Part shown: positions 35,109 to 44,730 of the stretch, one piece after another | Layout of the letters: each line of letters starts with the position of its first letter | Numbering within the stretch: the stretch's first letter is position 1 | Assembly (NCBI GenBank): GCA_019429225.1 | Contig: JAHYJK010000002.1 | Location: 10,230-74,229 of the forward strand | DNA from: Anaerolineaceae bacterium | GTDB lineage: Bacteria > Chloroflexota > Anaerolineae > Anaerolineales > Anaerolineaceae | DNA: 64,000 nucleotides | Direction: 5' to 3' | Program-made: the position numbers and the translations under genes | The notes under the pieces: generated by a model | What the model was told of the DNA's origin: nothing | Database searches by the model: none | Seen by the model: only the letters and a program-made list of their open reading frames with translations

Positions 35109-36689
35109 CTACTTTTTTATTATAAACCTATGGTAATTATCCAGGTAATTTCTTGTTGCTTTTCGACCTTCATCCACCAAATCTAAAAATTTTTGATCCT
35201 TTTTTGAAAGTTGAAAATCTGTGGATGACACTCCTAATGTGTTTATTTTTACTGAACGCCTTTGGACGATCGGGTTATTTTCGATTTCAGCAATTTGCAG
35301 ACTTATGTTGTAGGACTCGTATAAATGGGAAATGAAATCTCTGAAACTCTCAATTTTTTTGGTTTCAGTAACTAATTCAGCATTCGTATATAAATAAAAC
35401 CCGAGTGTTTCCCAATTAATCCCGTTTTCAAACCATAAATTATTTTCCTGAAATCTGGGATGGTCAAAAATATGTAAAGGATAATTCATTAATATACCAC
35501 CATCAACATAATAATCACCTTCTCCCAATACTTTCCCATTAAATCGCATCACTTCAAAATAAAGTGGAATGGATATAGACATCCTTACAGCATCAGCCAC
35601 GGGAAAATCTGGGGTAGTCTTTGCTGAAAAAACAGACACTTCTAATTTTGAAATATTCGCGCTGACTACATATAAGTCTTTGTGACCCAATCTTCGAAAG
35701 TCAGAAAAGGTTGCCTCCGAATTCCCTTCACATTGTTGGGAAATCACCTGGCGTATCCATGTATTGAAATACTCACTGGAGTACCAACCGTATTTGGTCA
35801 TCAGTCTTTGAACAGCATCAAAATCACCTGTGATTTTTGTAATTTCTTTTCCAATGAATTTTGGTAACCATTCCGGCTCATTTTCTTGATTGTCTGATCG
35901 AAGTTGAGGAACTTTTTGGAAATCAAGCGATTCGATTAGTTTTAGTGTTTCAGAAAAACGAAGATTAAAACTGACCAATGTAGCGGTAATTGCCCCGGCA
36001 GACGATCCTGCAACGCGTTTTATTTGTTGCAATAACCCTTTCTCTTCAAGCACTTCCAGAGCACCGGTGTAGGCCGTTCCTTTCATACCTCCGCCTCTAA
36101 AAACCAAGTTTTTAAATGGATAGGTTGGTATAACTGAATTGAACGAAATAGGAGGGAGTGGAATTATTCGACCTTTAACTCGTTTTTTATACTCAAGGTA
36201 GAAAGGGCCAAATTCTTTTTCCAGGCTTTCTTCTTCAAGGATAATGTGAAGTTGCAAAGCAACCCACCAGATTGGCGTGAAGGCTAATCCAATTATTGAT
36301 CTGAAGTAAAGCGCGAGAGCCAGCGAAATTAATATTTCCCCAAGATAAAATGGATGACGGACAATGTTATGTAAGCCTTTCGTTCTGAACCCAAAATTCT
36401 GAATCGGTGCAATTAGCGGTTGTGATATCAATCCTGGAATAACAAAAACCAAACTGGAAATACCCAATAAAATACCTCCAATTGTAAAAAGATTGGATTG
36501 AACCATTCTTGGTTGGGTAACGAAAGGAAGAACCATGATAATTCGACCAATGCTAAATAATAACCCGGATAATTGCCCAAATAATCGGTATTTTTTCCCA
36601 AAACGGGTGTTGACGATTGTATTAGCGCCAAGAAGCCCTAATAAACTTATCCCAGCCCAAAAAAAGGGGTTTTGGATGATATCGAACAT
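35109..36689 (-). CDS. Fusion protein: N-terminal ICMT/PEMT-like membrane methyltransferase domain + C-terminal patatin-like phospholipase
   Basis: 526 aa. VRHPFYLGEILISLA...EEESLEKEFGPFYLEYKKRVKGRIIP (ICMT-like). FRGGGMKG, GSSAG and YYVDGG (patatin oxyanion hole, GxSxG, Asp dyad). Confidence 0.75.
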   Translation of the reverse strand: MFDIIQNPFFWAGISLLGLLGANTIVNTRFGKKYRLFGQLSGLLFSIGRIIMVLPFVTQPRMVQSNLFTIGGILLGISSLVFVIPGLISQPLIAPIQNFGFRTKGLHNIVRHPFYLGEILISLALALYFRSIIGLAFTPIWWVALQLHIILEEESLEKEFGPFYLEYKKRVKGRIIPLPPISFNSVIPTYPFKNLVFRGGGMKGTAYTGALEVLEEKGLLQQIKRVAGSSAGAITATLVSFNLRFSETLKLIESLDFQKVPQLRSDNQENEPEWLPKFIGKEITKITGDFDAVQRLMTKYGWYSSEYFNTWIRQVISQQCEGNSEATFSDFRRLGHKDLYVVSANISKLEVSVFSAKTTPDFPVADAVRMSISIPLYFEVMRFNGKVLGEGDYYVDGGILMNYPLHIFDHPRFQENNLWFENGINWETLGFYLYTNAELVTETKKIESFRDFISHLYESYNISLQIAEIENNPIVQRRSVKINTLGVSSTDFQLSKKDQKFLDLVDEGRKATRNYLDNYHRFIIKK

Positions 36690-36755
36690 TTCCGCTCCTG
36701 ATTTTGATATGAAATAATCTTACTTTATTTATTGGAATATGATTATAATTTTTAT

Positions 36756-37412
36756 ATGATTAAAAGAAAAACACCACTTGTCATTGGAATCGCCGGGGGA
36801 TCTGGTTCAGGTAAAACCACTGTTGCGAACGAGATATTAAAAAGTGTTGGCTCGCATAGAATTGCTTTTCTGCCGCATGATGCTTATTATCGCGATCTCA
36901 GTTCCCTGCCCGAAAACCAGAGAAAACTCGTCAATTTTGATCACCCAAATTCACTCGAAAATGAATTATTGATTGAGCATGTGATTCAGTTGAAGCATTG
37001 GGAAAAAATCAACTTACCTGTTTATGACTTCACTTCACATACCAGAACCAGTAAGTTAATCCAGGTCGAACCGCAATTGGTTATCGTTGTTGAAGGCATC
37101 TTAATATTCGCTGAACCGAAATTACGCGACTTATTTGATGTGAAAATTTTTGTTGACACGGACGACGATATTCGTTTCATTCGCAGGTTGCAACGTGATA
37201 TTGCGGAACGAGGTCGCTCGATGGATATGGTGATAACCCAATATTTAACAACAGTCAGACCCATGCATCTGGATTTTGTTGAACCATCTAAACGTTATGC
37301 GGATGTAATCATTCCTGAGGGGGGGAGAAATCAGGTTGCATTGGATATGGTGATTGCCAGGATCGAGTCTTTACTAAAAACGAATATTGACAATGTAGAA
37401 ATTGATACATGA
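36756..37412 (+). CDS. udk: Uridine kinase
   Basis: ORF from 36732; ATG 36756 gives MIKRKTPLVIGIAGGSGSGKTT. Also NFDHPNS, VVEGILIF, FVDTDDDIRFIRRLQRDIAERGRS. Confidence 0.85.
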   Translation: MIKRKTPLVIGIAGGSGSGKTTVANEILKSVGSHRIAFLPHDAYYRDLSSLPENQRKLVNFDHPNSLENELLIEHVIQLKHWEKINLPVYDFTSHTRTSKLIQVEPQLVIVVEGILIFAEPKLRDLFDVKIFVDTDDDIRFIRRLQRDIAERGRSMDMVITQYLTTVRPMHLDFVEPSKRYADVIIPEGGRNQVALDMVIARIESLLKTNIDNVEIDT

Positions 37413-37960
37413 GCAAACAAAAGCGATTATTAATCCTAAGATGGTTAGCGCTACTCTTTGTAATTGGATTAACGATCATTTTGTTTTTAAAGCGTGAAAA
37501 TATCCAATATCTGGAGCAATATGGTTATTTAGGCATTTTCCTGGCTTCTTTATTGACGAATGCCTCTTTAATATTACCTGTGCCAGGTGTATTGATAACA
37601 TCTGCGATGGGAGCTGTATTTAATCCTATATTTGTCGCATTGGCTGCTGGAGGGGGAGCTACGATTGGAGAAATAACCGGTTATTTAGCAGGGTTCAGTG
37701 GGCAGACCGTTGTCGAAAAAACCAAATGGCACGGCAAATTAGAAGGTTGGATGCAAAAGTACGGAGACCTTACGATTTTGGTTTTAGCATTTATACCAAA
37801 CCCTGCATTTGATATAGTGGGAATAATGGCTGGGGCGATGAAAATACCTCTGTACCGATTTCTATTCTTTTGCTTTATCGGTAAAGTTTTAAAAATGTTC
37901 GTTTTTGCTTATGGCGGTTTTTTGTTGGGAAATCAATTAGCCAGTTCGGGAGGAATGTAA
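37409..37960 (+). CDS. DedA/YqaA-type (VTT/SNARE-associated domain) membrane protein
   Basis: 183 aa. GYLGIFLASLLTNASLILPVPG...GATIGEITGYLAG. ATGA overlap with udk. Confidence 0.6.
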   Translation: MSKQKRLLILRWLALLFVIGLTIILFLKRENIQYLEQYGYLGIFLASLLTNASLILPVPGVLITSAMGAVFNPIFVALAAGGGATIGEITGYLAGFSGQTVVEKTKWHGKLEGWMQKYGDLTILVLAFIPNPAFDIVGIMAGAMKIPLYRFLFFCFIGKVLKMFVFAYGGFLLGNQLASSGGM

Positions 37961-39324
37961 TGATTGATAACTTTGCAGCAAATGATAAATTTATAGAAGA
38001 TAATTTGCTAAACAACATAAATGAGCTAAGCCAGTTATGTAAATTCCAAAGTGTCTCAGCTAAGAATTTACAATTGCCTGAAACTGCAGCATTTTTGAGT
38101 GAATTATTTATAAAACGAGGATTTAATGTAAAAATATTTTCCGATAGTGGTGGTCCTGTTGTATATGCAGAAAGAATGGGCAGAATTGATAAAACCTTAT
38201 TATTCTACAACCATTATGACGTACAACCCGCTGAGCCATTAGAGCTTTGGAATACAGATCCTTTTGACCTGGTAAAAAAAGATGGAAAACTATTTGCCAG
38301 AGGTGTCAGTGATGATAAAGGACAAATTATCAGTAGACTCTCAGCAATTGATTCGCTCCTTCAAGAAAATGAACTTCTTCCATGTAATATTAAATTTGTG
38401 ATTGAGGGTGAAGAAGAAGTAAGTAGCAAGAATCTGAAACCATTCGTAGAACAAAATAAAGATTTATTAAAATCGGATGCATGTGTGTGGGAATTTGGTG
38501 GTGTAGACGATTTTGATCAACCAATCCTATATTTAGGTTTACGCGGAATTTGTTATGTAGAACTTTCGGTCACAACTGCAAATCAGGATGTTCATTCTGG
38601 GTTGGGCGGGTCGATATTTCCGAACGCTGCCTGGCGTTTAATTTGGGCACTGAATTCATTAAAAGACCAGGATGAGAATATCCTCATTCATGATTTTTAT
38701 AATGATGTAGTTCCTCCCAGCGAGATGGATATTGCATTATTCAAACAGATTCCCAATATGGGTGATATCTACAAAAAACGTTATGAAATCAAGCAATTTA
38801 CCAAAGGTTTACAGGATGGTGTGGATCTTAATGTCGCAGAGGCTTTCTCACCTACCTGTACGATTTGTGGGGTTACATCTGGATATCAAGGAATTGGATC
38901 AAAAACTGTTCTACCTGCCAAAGCCAGTGCAAAAATTGATTTTCGACTGGTGCCGGATCAGACTCCAGAAAGAGTTTTGATATTACTACGAGACCATTTA
39001 GACAAACAAGGTTTTGAGGATGTTGAGATAACATTTCTGGGTGGTGAAGCCCCAGCAAGAACAGATCCTGCTGATCCATTTGTTGAGTTGGTTGCGGAAA
39101 GCGCCACTTCGGTCTATGGAATGCCTATGATGATAGTTCCAATGGTAGGTGGCTCAGGACCAAACCATTTATTCATTGAGAATCTAAATGTTCCAGTGGT
39201 TACCGCTGGGGTATCTTATCCCGGATCACAAAATCATGCTCCCAATGAGAACATACGAATAAACGATTTTATCAACGGAACCAGACATATGGTGAGAATT
39301 ATCAAAAATTTTGGTAATTTATAA
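37960..39324 (+). CDS. M20-family metallopeptidase (dipeptidase/ArgE-DapE-like)
   Basis: 454 aa. LLFYNHYDVQPAEP, ARGVSDDKGQ, EGEEEV. Confidence 0.75.
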   Translation: MIDNFAANDKFIEDNLLNNINELSQLCKFQSVSAKNLQLPETAAFLSELFIKRGFNVKIFSDSGGPVVYAERMGRIDKTLLFYNHYDVQPAEPLELWNTDPFDLVKKDGKLFARGVSDDKGQIISRLSAIDSLLQENELLPCNIKFVIEGEEEVSSKNLKPFVEQNKDLLKSDACVWEFGGVDDFDQPILYLGLRGICYVELSVTTANQDVHSGLGGSIFPNAAWRLIWALNSLKDQDENILIHDFYNDVVPPSEMDIALFKQIPNMGDIYKKRYEIKQFTKGLQDGVDLNVAEAFSPTCTICGVTSGYQGIGSKTVLPAKASAKIDFRLVPDQTPERVLILLRDHLDKQGFEDVEITFLGGEAPARTDPADPFVELVAESATSVYGMPMMIVPMVGGSGPNHLFIENLNVPVVTAGVSYPGSQNHAPNENIRINDFINGTRHMVRIIKNFGNL

Positions 39325-39405
39325 AAATTTGATTGACACACATACATAAACGATTTTTGATTATTTGATAAAATCATCTCAGTTAAATTCTTAAAAATTT
39401 CTGTA

Positions 39406-39414
39406 TGGTATAAT
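39406..39414 (+). promoter_or_regulatory. Extended -10 element upstream of mreB
   Basis: TGgTATAAT at 39406-39414, about 35 nt before the TTG start, which is preceded by AGGAG. Confidence 0.4.
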
Positions 39415-39448
39415 CCGATCTACTAAATCCTATTGCAGGAGTAAAAAT

Positions 39449-40498
39449 TTGGCATTTCGTCCACTTAACTGGTTGTTTGGACTTTTTTCATTAGATATTG
39501 GCATTGATTTAGGCACAGCTAATACCCTGGTAAATGTGCGCGGTAAAGGTATTGTTATTAATGAGCCTTCCTGGGTGGTATTGGACAAGAAAACACGAAG
39601 ACCTGAAAAAATAGGTTTACAGGCAAAAGAAATGGTTGGAAGGACACCAGCAACGCATATTGCCGTTCGGCCCCTCAGGGATGGCGTGATTTCAGAATAC
39701 GATATTACCAAGGATTTAATTGGTTATTTCCTCAGTAAAGCACATCAACAAACCCTCGTTCCATTACCCAGACCGCGTGTTGTCATCGGGATACCATCCG
39801 GAGCTACTGAGGTTGAGAAAAATGCAGTGTATGATGCCTCCAAAGAATCTGGAGCTCGTGAGACCTATCTGATTGAAGAACCAATGGCTGCGGCTTTAGG
39901 CGCAGGTATGCCTGTTACGGATGTCATTGGTAGTATGGTTGTTGACATTGGTGGTGGTACATCCGAAGTTGCTATCATCTCAATGAGTGGCGTTGTTGTT
40001 TCCAGATCTTTGCGGGTTGCAGGTGACGAGCTTGATCAGGATATTATTACTTATATTCGCAATAAATATAATTTGTTGATTGGCGAGAGAATGGCTGAGC
40101 AGGTAAAAATGACAGTCGGTTCTGCTTATCCTTTACCTTCTGAAAAAACCATGCGTGTTCGCGGAAGAAATCTTGTCACAGGTTTACCGGAAGAACTTGA
40201 GATTTCTTCTATAGAAGTTCGAGAAGCGGTTAGTTCTTCTGTGCAGGTAATCATAGACACAATCAAAGATGCACTGGATGAAGCTCCACCTGAAATTGTG
40301 GCTGATTTAATGGAAAATGGTATCTGTTTAGCAGGTGGGGGTGCTTTGTTATTAGGTTTAAGAGAAAGATTAACGGATGAATTGAACCTGCGAGTCTGGG
40401 TTGCTGAAGATCCATTGACATGCGTTGCTCGTGGGGCTGGAATGGTGCTAGATGATCTTGAAAGATATTCTAAATTGCTCGTTGATATTGATAATTAG
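39449..40498 (+). CDS. mreB: Rod-shape protein MreB
   Basis: 349 aa. DIGIDLGTANTLV, EPMAAALGAG, VVDIGGGTSEVA, LAGGGALL. Confidence 0.95.
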   Translation: MAFRPLNWLFGLFSLDIGIDLGTANTLVNVRGKGIVINEPSWVVLDKKTRRPEKIGLQAKEMVGRTPATHIAVRPLRDGVISEYDITKDLIGYFLSKAHQQTLVPLPRPRVVIGIPSGATEVEKNAVYDASKESGARETYLIEEPMAAALGAGMPVTDVIGSMVVDIGGGTSEVAIISMSGVVVSRSLRVAGDELDQDIITYIRNKYNLLIGERMAEQVKMTVGSAYPLPSEKTMRVRGRNLVTGLPEELEISSIEVREAVSSSVQVIIDTIKDALDEAPPEIVADLMENGICLAGGGALLLGLRERLTDELNLRVWVAEDPLTCVARGAGMVLDDLERYSKLLVDIDN

Positions 40499-40531
40499 AA
40501 TAGATTTCAAGTAATTACTTCAAAAAATGGA

Positions 40532-41374
40532 ATGAAAAAATTTTTCAATTCAATAAAATCCTTTACAGTTGTCTTTATCGCTGTAGGATTAATATTGTTA
40601 GCTTTAGGTGGATATTTGAGTCCAGTACTTGTGGCATTGACAAGGCCCTTTTTAGGTGCCCAGGAATGGATTTCTTCACGATATATTGCGGTAAATCAAT
40701 TGTTAAATGCGCCCCAGGACGTAGATGAATTAAGAGTAAGGAACATTGAACTGGAGAATGAAGTAGCACGCTTACAATCTCAGATTATCATCTTACAAGA
40801 GCAATTAGAGGAATCACAAGGATTGGAAGAACTGTTGGGTTATGCCAGAACGCGACCGCAGTATCAATATGCCGCAGCAGCTGTAATAGGCAAAGACCCC
40901 AGCCCATTTCTTCATTACATTATTATTGATCACGGAAGCGACGAAGGAATTCGAAGGGGAATGCCTGTTGTAACACAATCTGGATTGGTTGGGAGAGTTG
41001 ATGCCGTTACAGCTGGAGCAGCTCGTGTTCAATTAATCACAGATCCTGCTTCCATCGTAAATGTCAAGTTACAAACGCAAGCAGTAAATGCACAGATTAA
41101 TGGATCCATCACAGGTGAAATAAACCTGGATATGGTGCCCCAGGACGCGAATCTCGAACCTGGAGAAGTCATCTTAACTTCTGGGCTTGGTGGAAATTAT
41201 CCGATGGATATAATCGTTGGTCAGGTAATTACTGTTCGTAAATTTGAAAATGAATTATTCCAAACTGCTACCATCCAACCCATCATTGACTATTCACAAT
41301 TGCAAGCAGTTTTGGTGATAAAAAACTTCAGGCCAGTGGATACCACACCATTAATCCCTGATCAAACAGAATAA
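40532..41374 (+). CDS. mreC: Rod-shape protein MreC
   Basis: 280 aa. N-terminal TM, coiled coil (ELENEVARLQSQIIILQEQL), GMPVVTQSGLVGRV, TSGLGGNYP. Confidence 0.85.
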   Translation: MKKFFNSIKSFTVVFIAVGLILLALGGYLSPVLVALTRPFLGAQEWISSRYIAVNQLLNAPQDVDELRVRNIELENEVARLQSQIIILQEQLEESQGLEELLGYARTRPQYQYAAAAVIGKDPSPFLHYIIIDHGSDEGIRRGMPVVTQSGLVGRVDAVTAGAARVQLITDPASIVNVKLQTQAVNAQINGSITGEINLDMVPQDANLEPGEVILTSGLGGNYPMDIIVGQVITVRKFENELFQTATIQPIIDYSQLQAVLVIKNFRPVDTTPLIPDQTE

Positions 41375-41375
41375 T

Positions 41376-41882
41376 ATGAGAAAGATTTTAATTTTATTTT
41401 TTGTGTTAATTATTGCTATGCTGCAATTGGGAATATTCAGCAACATTCAAATCCTTGCTGGAAAAATTGATCTATTAATGCTGGGTGTCATTGCCTGGAT
41501 TATTCAAAAAAAGACTGAATTTGTTGATGTTATCATTTATTCAATCATCACAGTTTTTTTTATTTACCTGATTTCGGCAGAACCAGTAATCATCATTCTA
41601 AGTATCTACAGTATTCTTGTCTTTGTAGTTTTTTGGAGTAAGAATAACATTCAACAATTACCTATCGTAAGCATGCTAATTTTTAGTGCTTTTTTCACTT
41701 TTCTTCATCTCGTTATTTTTGGTTTTTATTTACAATTGTCCGGAATAACGATGGTAGCTGAGGAAGTTTTTCAATCGGTAATTCTACCGAGTATATTCAT
41801 TAATTTAATCGCTGCAATACCAATGTATCTTCTGGTTAATGAATTACATCGATGGGTCTATCCATTAGCGGAGGAAGCATGA
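41376..41882 (+). CDS. mreD: Rod-shape protein MreD
   Basis: 168-aa polytopic protein directly after mreC. Assigned by position and topology. Confidence 0.65.
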   Translation: MRKILILFFVLIIAMLQLGIFSNIQILAGKIDLLMLGVIAWIIQKKTEFVDVIIYSIITVFFIYLISAEPVIIILSIYSILVFVVFWSKNNIQQLPIVSMLIFSAFFTFLHLVIFGFYLQLSGITMVAEEVFQSVILPSIFINLIAAIPMYLLVNELHRWVYPLAEEA

Positions 41883-43978
41883 ATCAATCCATTCTAGATC
41901 AATTCAGAGTACAGAAGTGGAGAGTTATTGTTTTTTTTATTGTAATGACTGCCGTTCTGTCTTTTTATGTTTTTCGTTTATTTTCTCTGCAGGTCATTGA
42001 AGGTTCAGCTTATTTGGACCAGGCAAATGAGAATCGCATTCGGGAGATTAGTGAACCTACCCAAAGGGGGATTATTTATGATCGAAATGGATTTGTTCTC
42101 GCAAGGAACATTGCATCATATAACGTTGTGATCACTCCTGCATTGTTACCAGATGTAGACACATACAACCCTAACGGGGATATGCAGCGGATCTATCGGG
42201 AACTTTCTGAGTTGATTGATATTCCTGTAACAACTAGTAATATTGATGATGAAGAGGCGATCAAAAACTTTACTCCATGTTATAACGATTTTGGGATAAA
42301 GGAGATAGTTTATATTGGAGACACAAATGCCCCTTTCAGTCCTGTTCAGGTGAAATGTGATATAGATCCTCAAACAGCCATGGTGATCAGAGAAAGAAAG
42401 GGTGATTGGCCTGGGGTTGATATAGAAATTGTAGCAGTTCGAGATTATCCTACCGGAGAGTTGACTTCAGAAGTAATTGGTTTTTTGGGACCCATCCCAG
42501 CCTCACAGGTTGATTATTATGAGGATTTGGGCTTTGTTTCTAATCGGGATAAAGTCGGGTATGCAGGTGTGGAACAGTACCTCGATGAGAATTTGTTAGG
42601 AACAAATGGAAAACGAGTGGTTGAAGTTGATGGGGCTGGTCAAATCATTCGCGATCTTGAAGTACCAATAACTGCCGTACCTGGAAATAACATAAAATTA
42701 ACGATAGATACCAGATTGCAGGCAGCGGCAAAAACAGCTTTACTGGCAAATATGCAAAAATACAACCTGCTAAAAGGAGTTGAAAAATATAACGTAGGTG
42801 CTGTCATAGCTATGAACCCAAAAACTGGTGAAATTCTGGCTCTGGTTAGCTATCCAACCTTTGAAAATAATCGGTTGGCAAGGATTATTCCATCTTACTA
42901 TTACAACCAATTGCAATTAGATCCCAGAAAACCATTATTTAATCACGCCATCTCAGCAGAGCACCCACCTGGCTCCGTTTTTAAACTTGCTCCTGCTGTA
43001 GGAATCTTAAATGAAAATGTTGTCCGGCCAGAAACGACAATTTTTGACCCAGGAAAAATTACCATTCAGGAACAATTTTCGCCAAATGACCCGGGAAGAC
43101 AGCGAGATTACGTTTGTTACACCTACAAAACCACTGGTGCAGGACACGGAACAGTTGATTTTATAAGAGGTGTGGCATTATCCTGTGATGTATATTTCTA
43201 TAAAGTTGGGGGTGGATATGGAGATGAAGTACCGGTTGGATTGAATATTTGGAGAATTGGTGAATATGCAAAGGCCTTAGGGTATGGTGAAATCACAGGC
43301 ATCGAATTGCCTGGAGAAATGAAAGGATTAATTCCTGACCCTACCTGGAAGAGAATCAATGTTGGTGAAAACTGGTCTACAGGTGATACATATATAGCTA
43401 CAATGGGACAGGGTTATGTGCTATCAACACCTATTCAAGTATTGGTCTCATTCGCGACAATTGCCAATGATGGCGTAATGATGAAGCCTACTTTGGTAAA
43501 AGAGATTCTGGATGCCGAAGGGAATGTAATCCAACCATTTACTCCTGTTCAGGTCCGAGATGTCACAAAAGATCCTGTTATTCAGGTATATGATGAAAAT
43601 TTCCGAACAACTGGTGAATTTAAGACGGTTGAACCGTGGGTGATAGAAAAAAACAAGGAAGCACTCAGGGAAGTAGTTGTGGATGGGACTTCGGCTTTAA
43701 TCTTTCGTGGTGAGACAGTTCCTTCAGCTGGAAAGACTGGGACAGCTGAATATTGCGACAACATAGCCCAGGAAAAAAACATTTGTTTTCCAGGAAGTTG
43801 GCCAGCTCACGCATGGTATGTTGGGTATGCTCCCTATGATGACCCGGAAATAGCAGTAGTGGTCTTTGTTTATGATGGAGATGAGGGGGCTGTATTGAGT
43901 GGTCCTGTTGTTCGGGATATTTTGGCAACATATTTTGCACTTAAAGCAGTAGATCAGGGTTTAGAAATCAATCAATAA
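41879..43978 (+). CDS. mrdA: Penicillin-binding protein 2 (elongasome transpeptidase)
   Basis: ORF 41852..43978. ATG 41879 follows GGAGGAAGC and overlaps the mreD stop (ATGA). PGSVFKL (SxxK), GKTGTA. Confidence 0.85.
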   Translation: MNQSILDQFRVQKWRVIVFFIVMTAVLSFYVFRLFSLQVIEGSAYLDQANENRIREISEPTQRGIIYDRNGFVLARNIASYNVVITPALLPDVDTYNPNGDMQRIYRELSELIDIPVTTSNIDDEEAIKNFTPCYNDFGIKEIVYIGDTNAPFSPVQVKCDIDPQTAMVIRERKGDWPGVDIEIVAVRDYPTGELTSEVIGFLGPIPASQVDYYEDLGFVSNRDKVGYAGVEQYLDENLLGTNGKRVVEVDGAGQIIRDLEVPITAVPGNNIKLTIDTRLQAAAKTALLANMQKYNLLKGVEKYNVGAVIAMNPKTGEILALVSYPTFENNRLARIIPSYYYNQLQLDPRKPLFNHAISAEHPPGSVFKLAPAVGILNENVVRPETTIFDPGKITIQEQFSPNDPGRQRDYVCYTYKTTGAGHGTVDFIRGVALSCDVYFYKVGGGYGDEVPVGLNIWRIGEYAKALGYGEITGIELPGEMKGLIPDPTWKRINVGENWSTGDTYIATMGQGYVLSTPIQVLVSFATIANDGVMMKPTLVKEILDAEGNVIQPFTPVQVRDVTKDPVIQVYDENFRTTGEFKTVEPWVIEKNKEALREVVVDGTSALIFRGETVPSAGKTGTAEYCDNIAQEKNICFPGSWPAHAWYVGYAPYDDPEIAVVVFVYDGDEGAVLSGPVVRDILATYFALKAVDQGLEINQ

Positions 43979-43991
43979 GTGCAAGGCTTAA

Positions 43992-44000
43992 TGCTATAAT
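43992..44000 (+). promoter_or_regulatory. Extended -10 element immediately upstream of minC
   Basis: TGcTATAAT at 43992-44000; the minC TTG/ATG codons lie at 44008/44011. Confidence 0.3.
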
Positions 44001-44010
44001 TAAACCTTTG

Positions 44011-44721
44011 ATGAAACCTGATTTAGGAATGATCCGATTGAAACAACCCGATTCGATACAAATTAAAGGTATTAGAGAAGGCTTATTGATTACTTTGGGG
44101 GAAGGAGATTGGCATGATATTTTTGCGTCTCTAATGGAAAAAATCACTGAAAAAGAAAAATTTTTCCAAGGCGCAAAATTAGCAATGGATGTCGGCAATC
44201 GTATTCTTCATGCAGCTGATTTGGGAACTTTACGCGATCGTCTCGCGGATAAAAATATTATTTTATGGGCGATATTATCAAATTCACCGGTTACTGAATT
44301 AACAGCTCAGGATTTGGGTTTGGCAACCAGAATATCGGTTCCAAAACCAGAACGGATTATAAAATCAATCGAATCTTCCATCCCAGGGGAGGATGCAATT
44401 TTTCTTCGCAAAACAATTCGCTCTGGGTTTAAGGTAGTTTCTAATGGACATATCATAATCTTCGGAGATGTGAATCCGGGTGGTGAAATTATCGCAGGTG
44501 GAAGTGTGATTGTCTGGGGACGCTGTCAGGGAGTGGTGCAGGCAGGCGTGGATGGAGATCAGAACGCTACTGTTTGTGCATTGGACTTAAACCCCACCCA
44601 ATTGCGTATAGCTGGTATTATCGCCATATCTCCAAAACGAAAAGGAAAACCCCAACCAGAAGTGGCAAAAATTATAGCCGGACAGGTTGTTGCAGAAACA
44701 TGGAATCCAAAGTCGAGGTAA
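44011..44721 (+). CDS. minC: Septum site-determining protein MinC
   Basis: C-terminal beta-helix pattern GDVNPGGEIIAGGSVIVWGRCQGVVQAG, upstream of minD/minE. Start uncertain (TTG 44008, ATG 44011 or ATG 44029). Confidence 0.8.
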   Translation: MKPDLGMIRLKQPDSIQIKGIREGLLITLGEGDWHDIFASLMEKITEKEKFFQGAKLAMDVGNRILHAADLGTLRDRLADKNIILWAILSNSPVTELTAQDLGLATRISVPKPERIIKSIESSIPGEDAIFLRKTIRSGFKVVSNGHIIIFGDVNPGGEIIAGGSVIVWGRCQGVVQAGVDGDQNATVCALDLNPTQLRIAGIIAISPKRKGKPQPEVAKIIAGQVVAETWNPKSR

Positions 44722-44730
44722 AACACATTA

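Noticed and set aside
39430-39711. 93-aa minus-strand ORF opposite the mreB 5' end.
   Set aside because: It is antisense to mreB and has no independent support.
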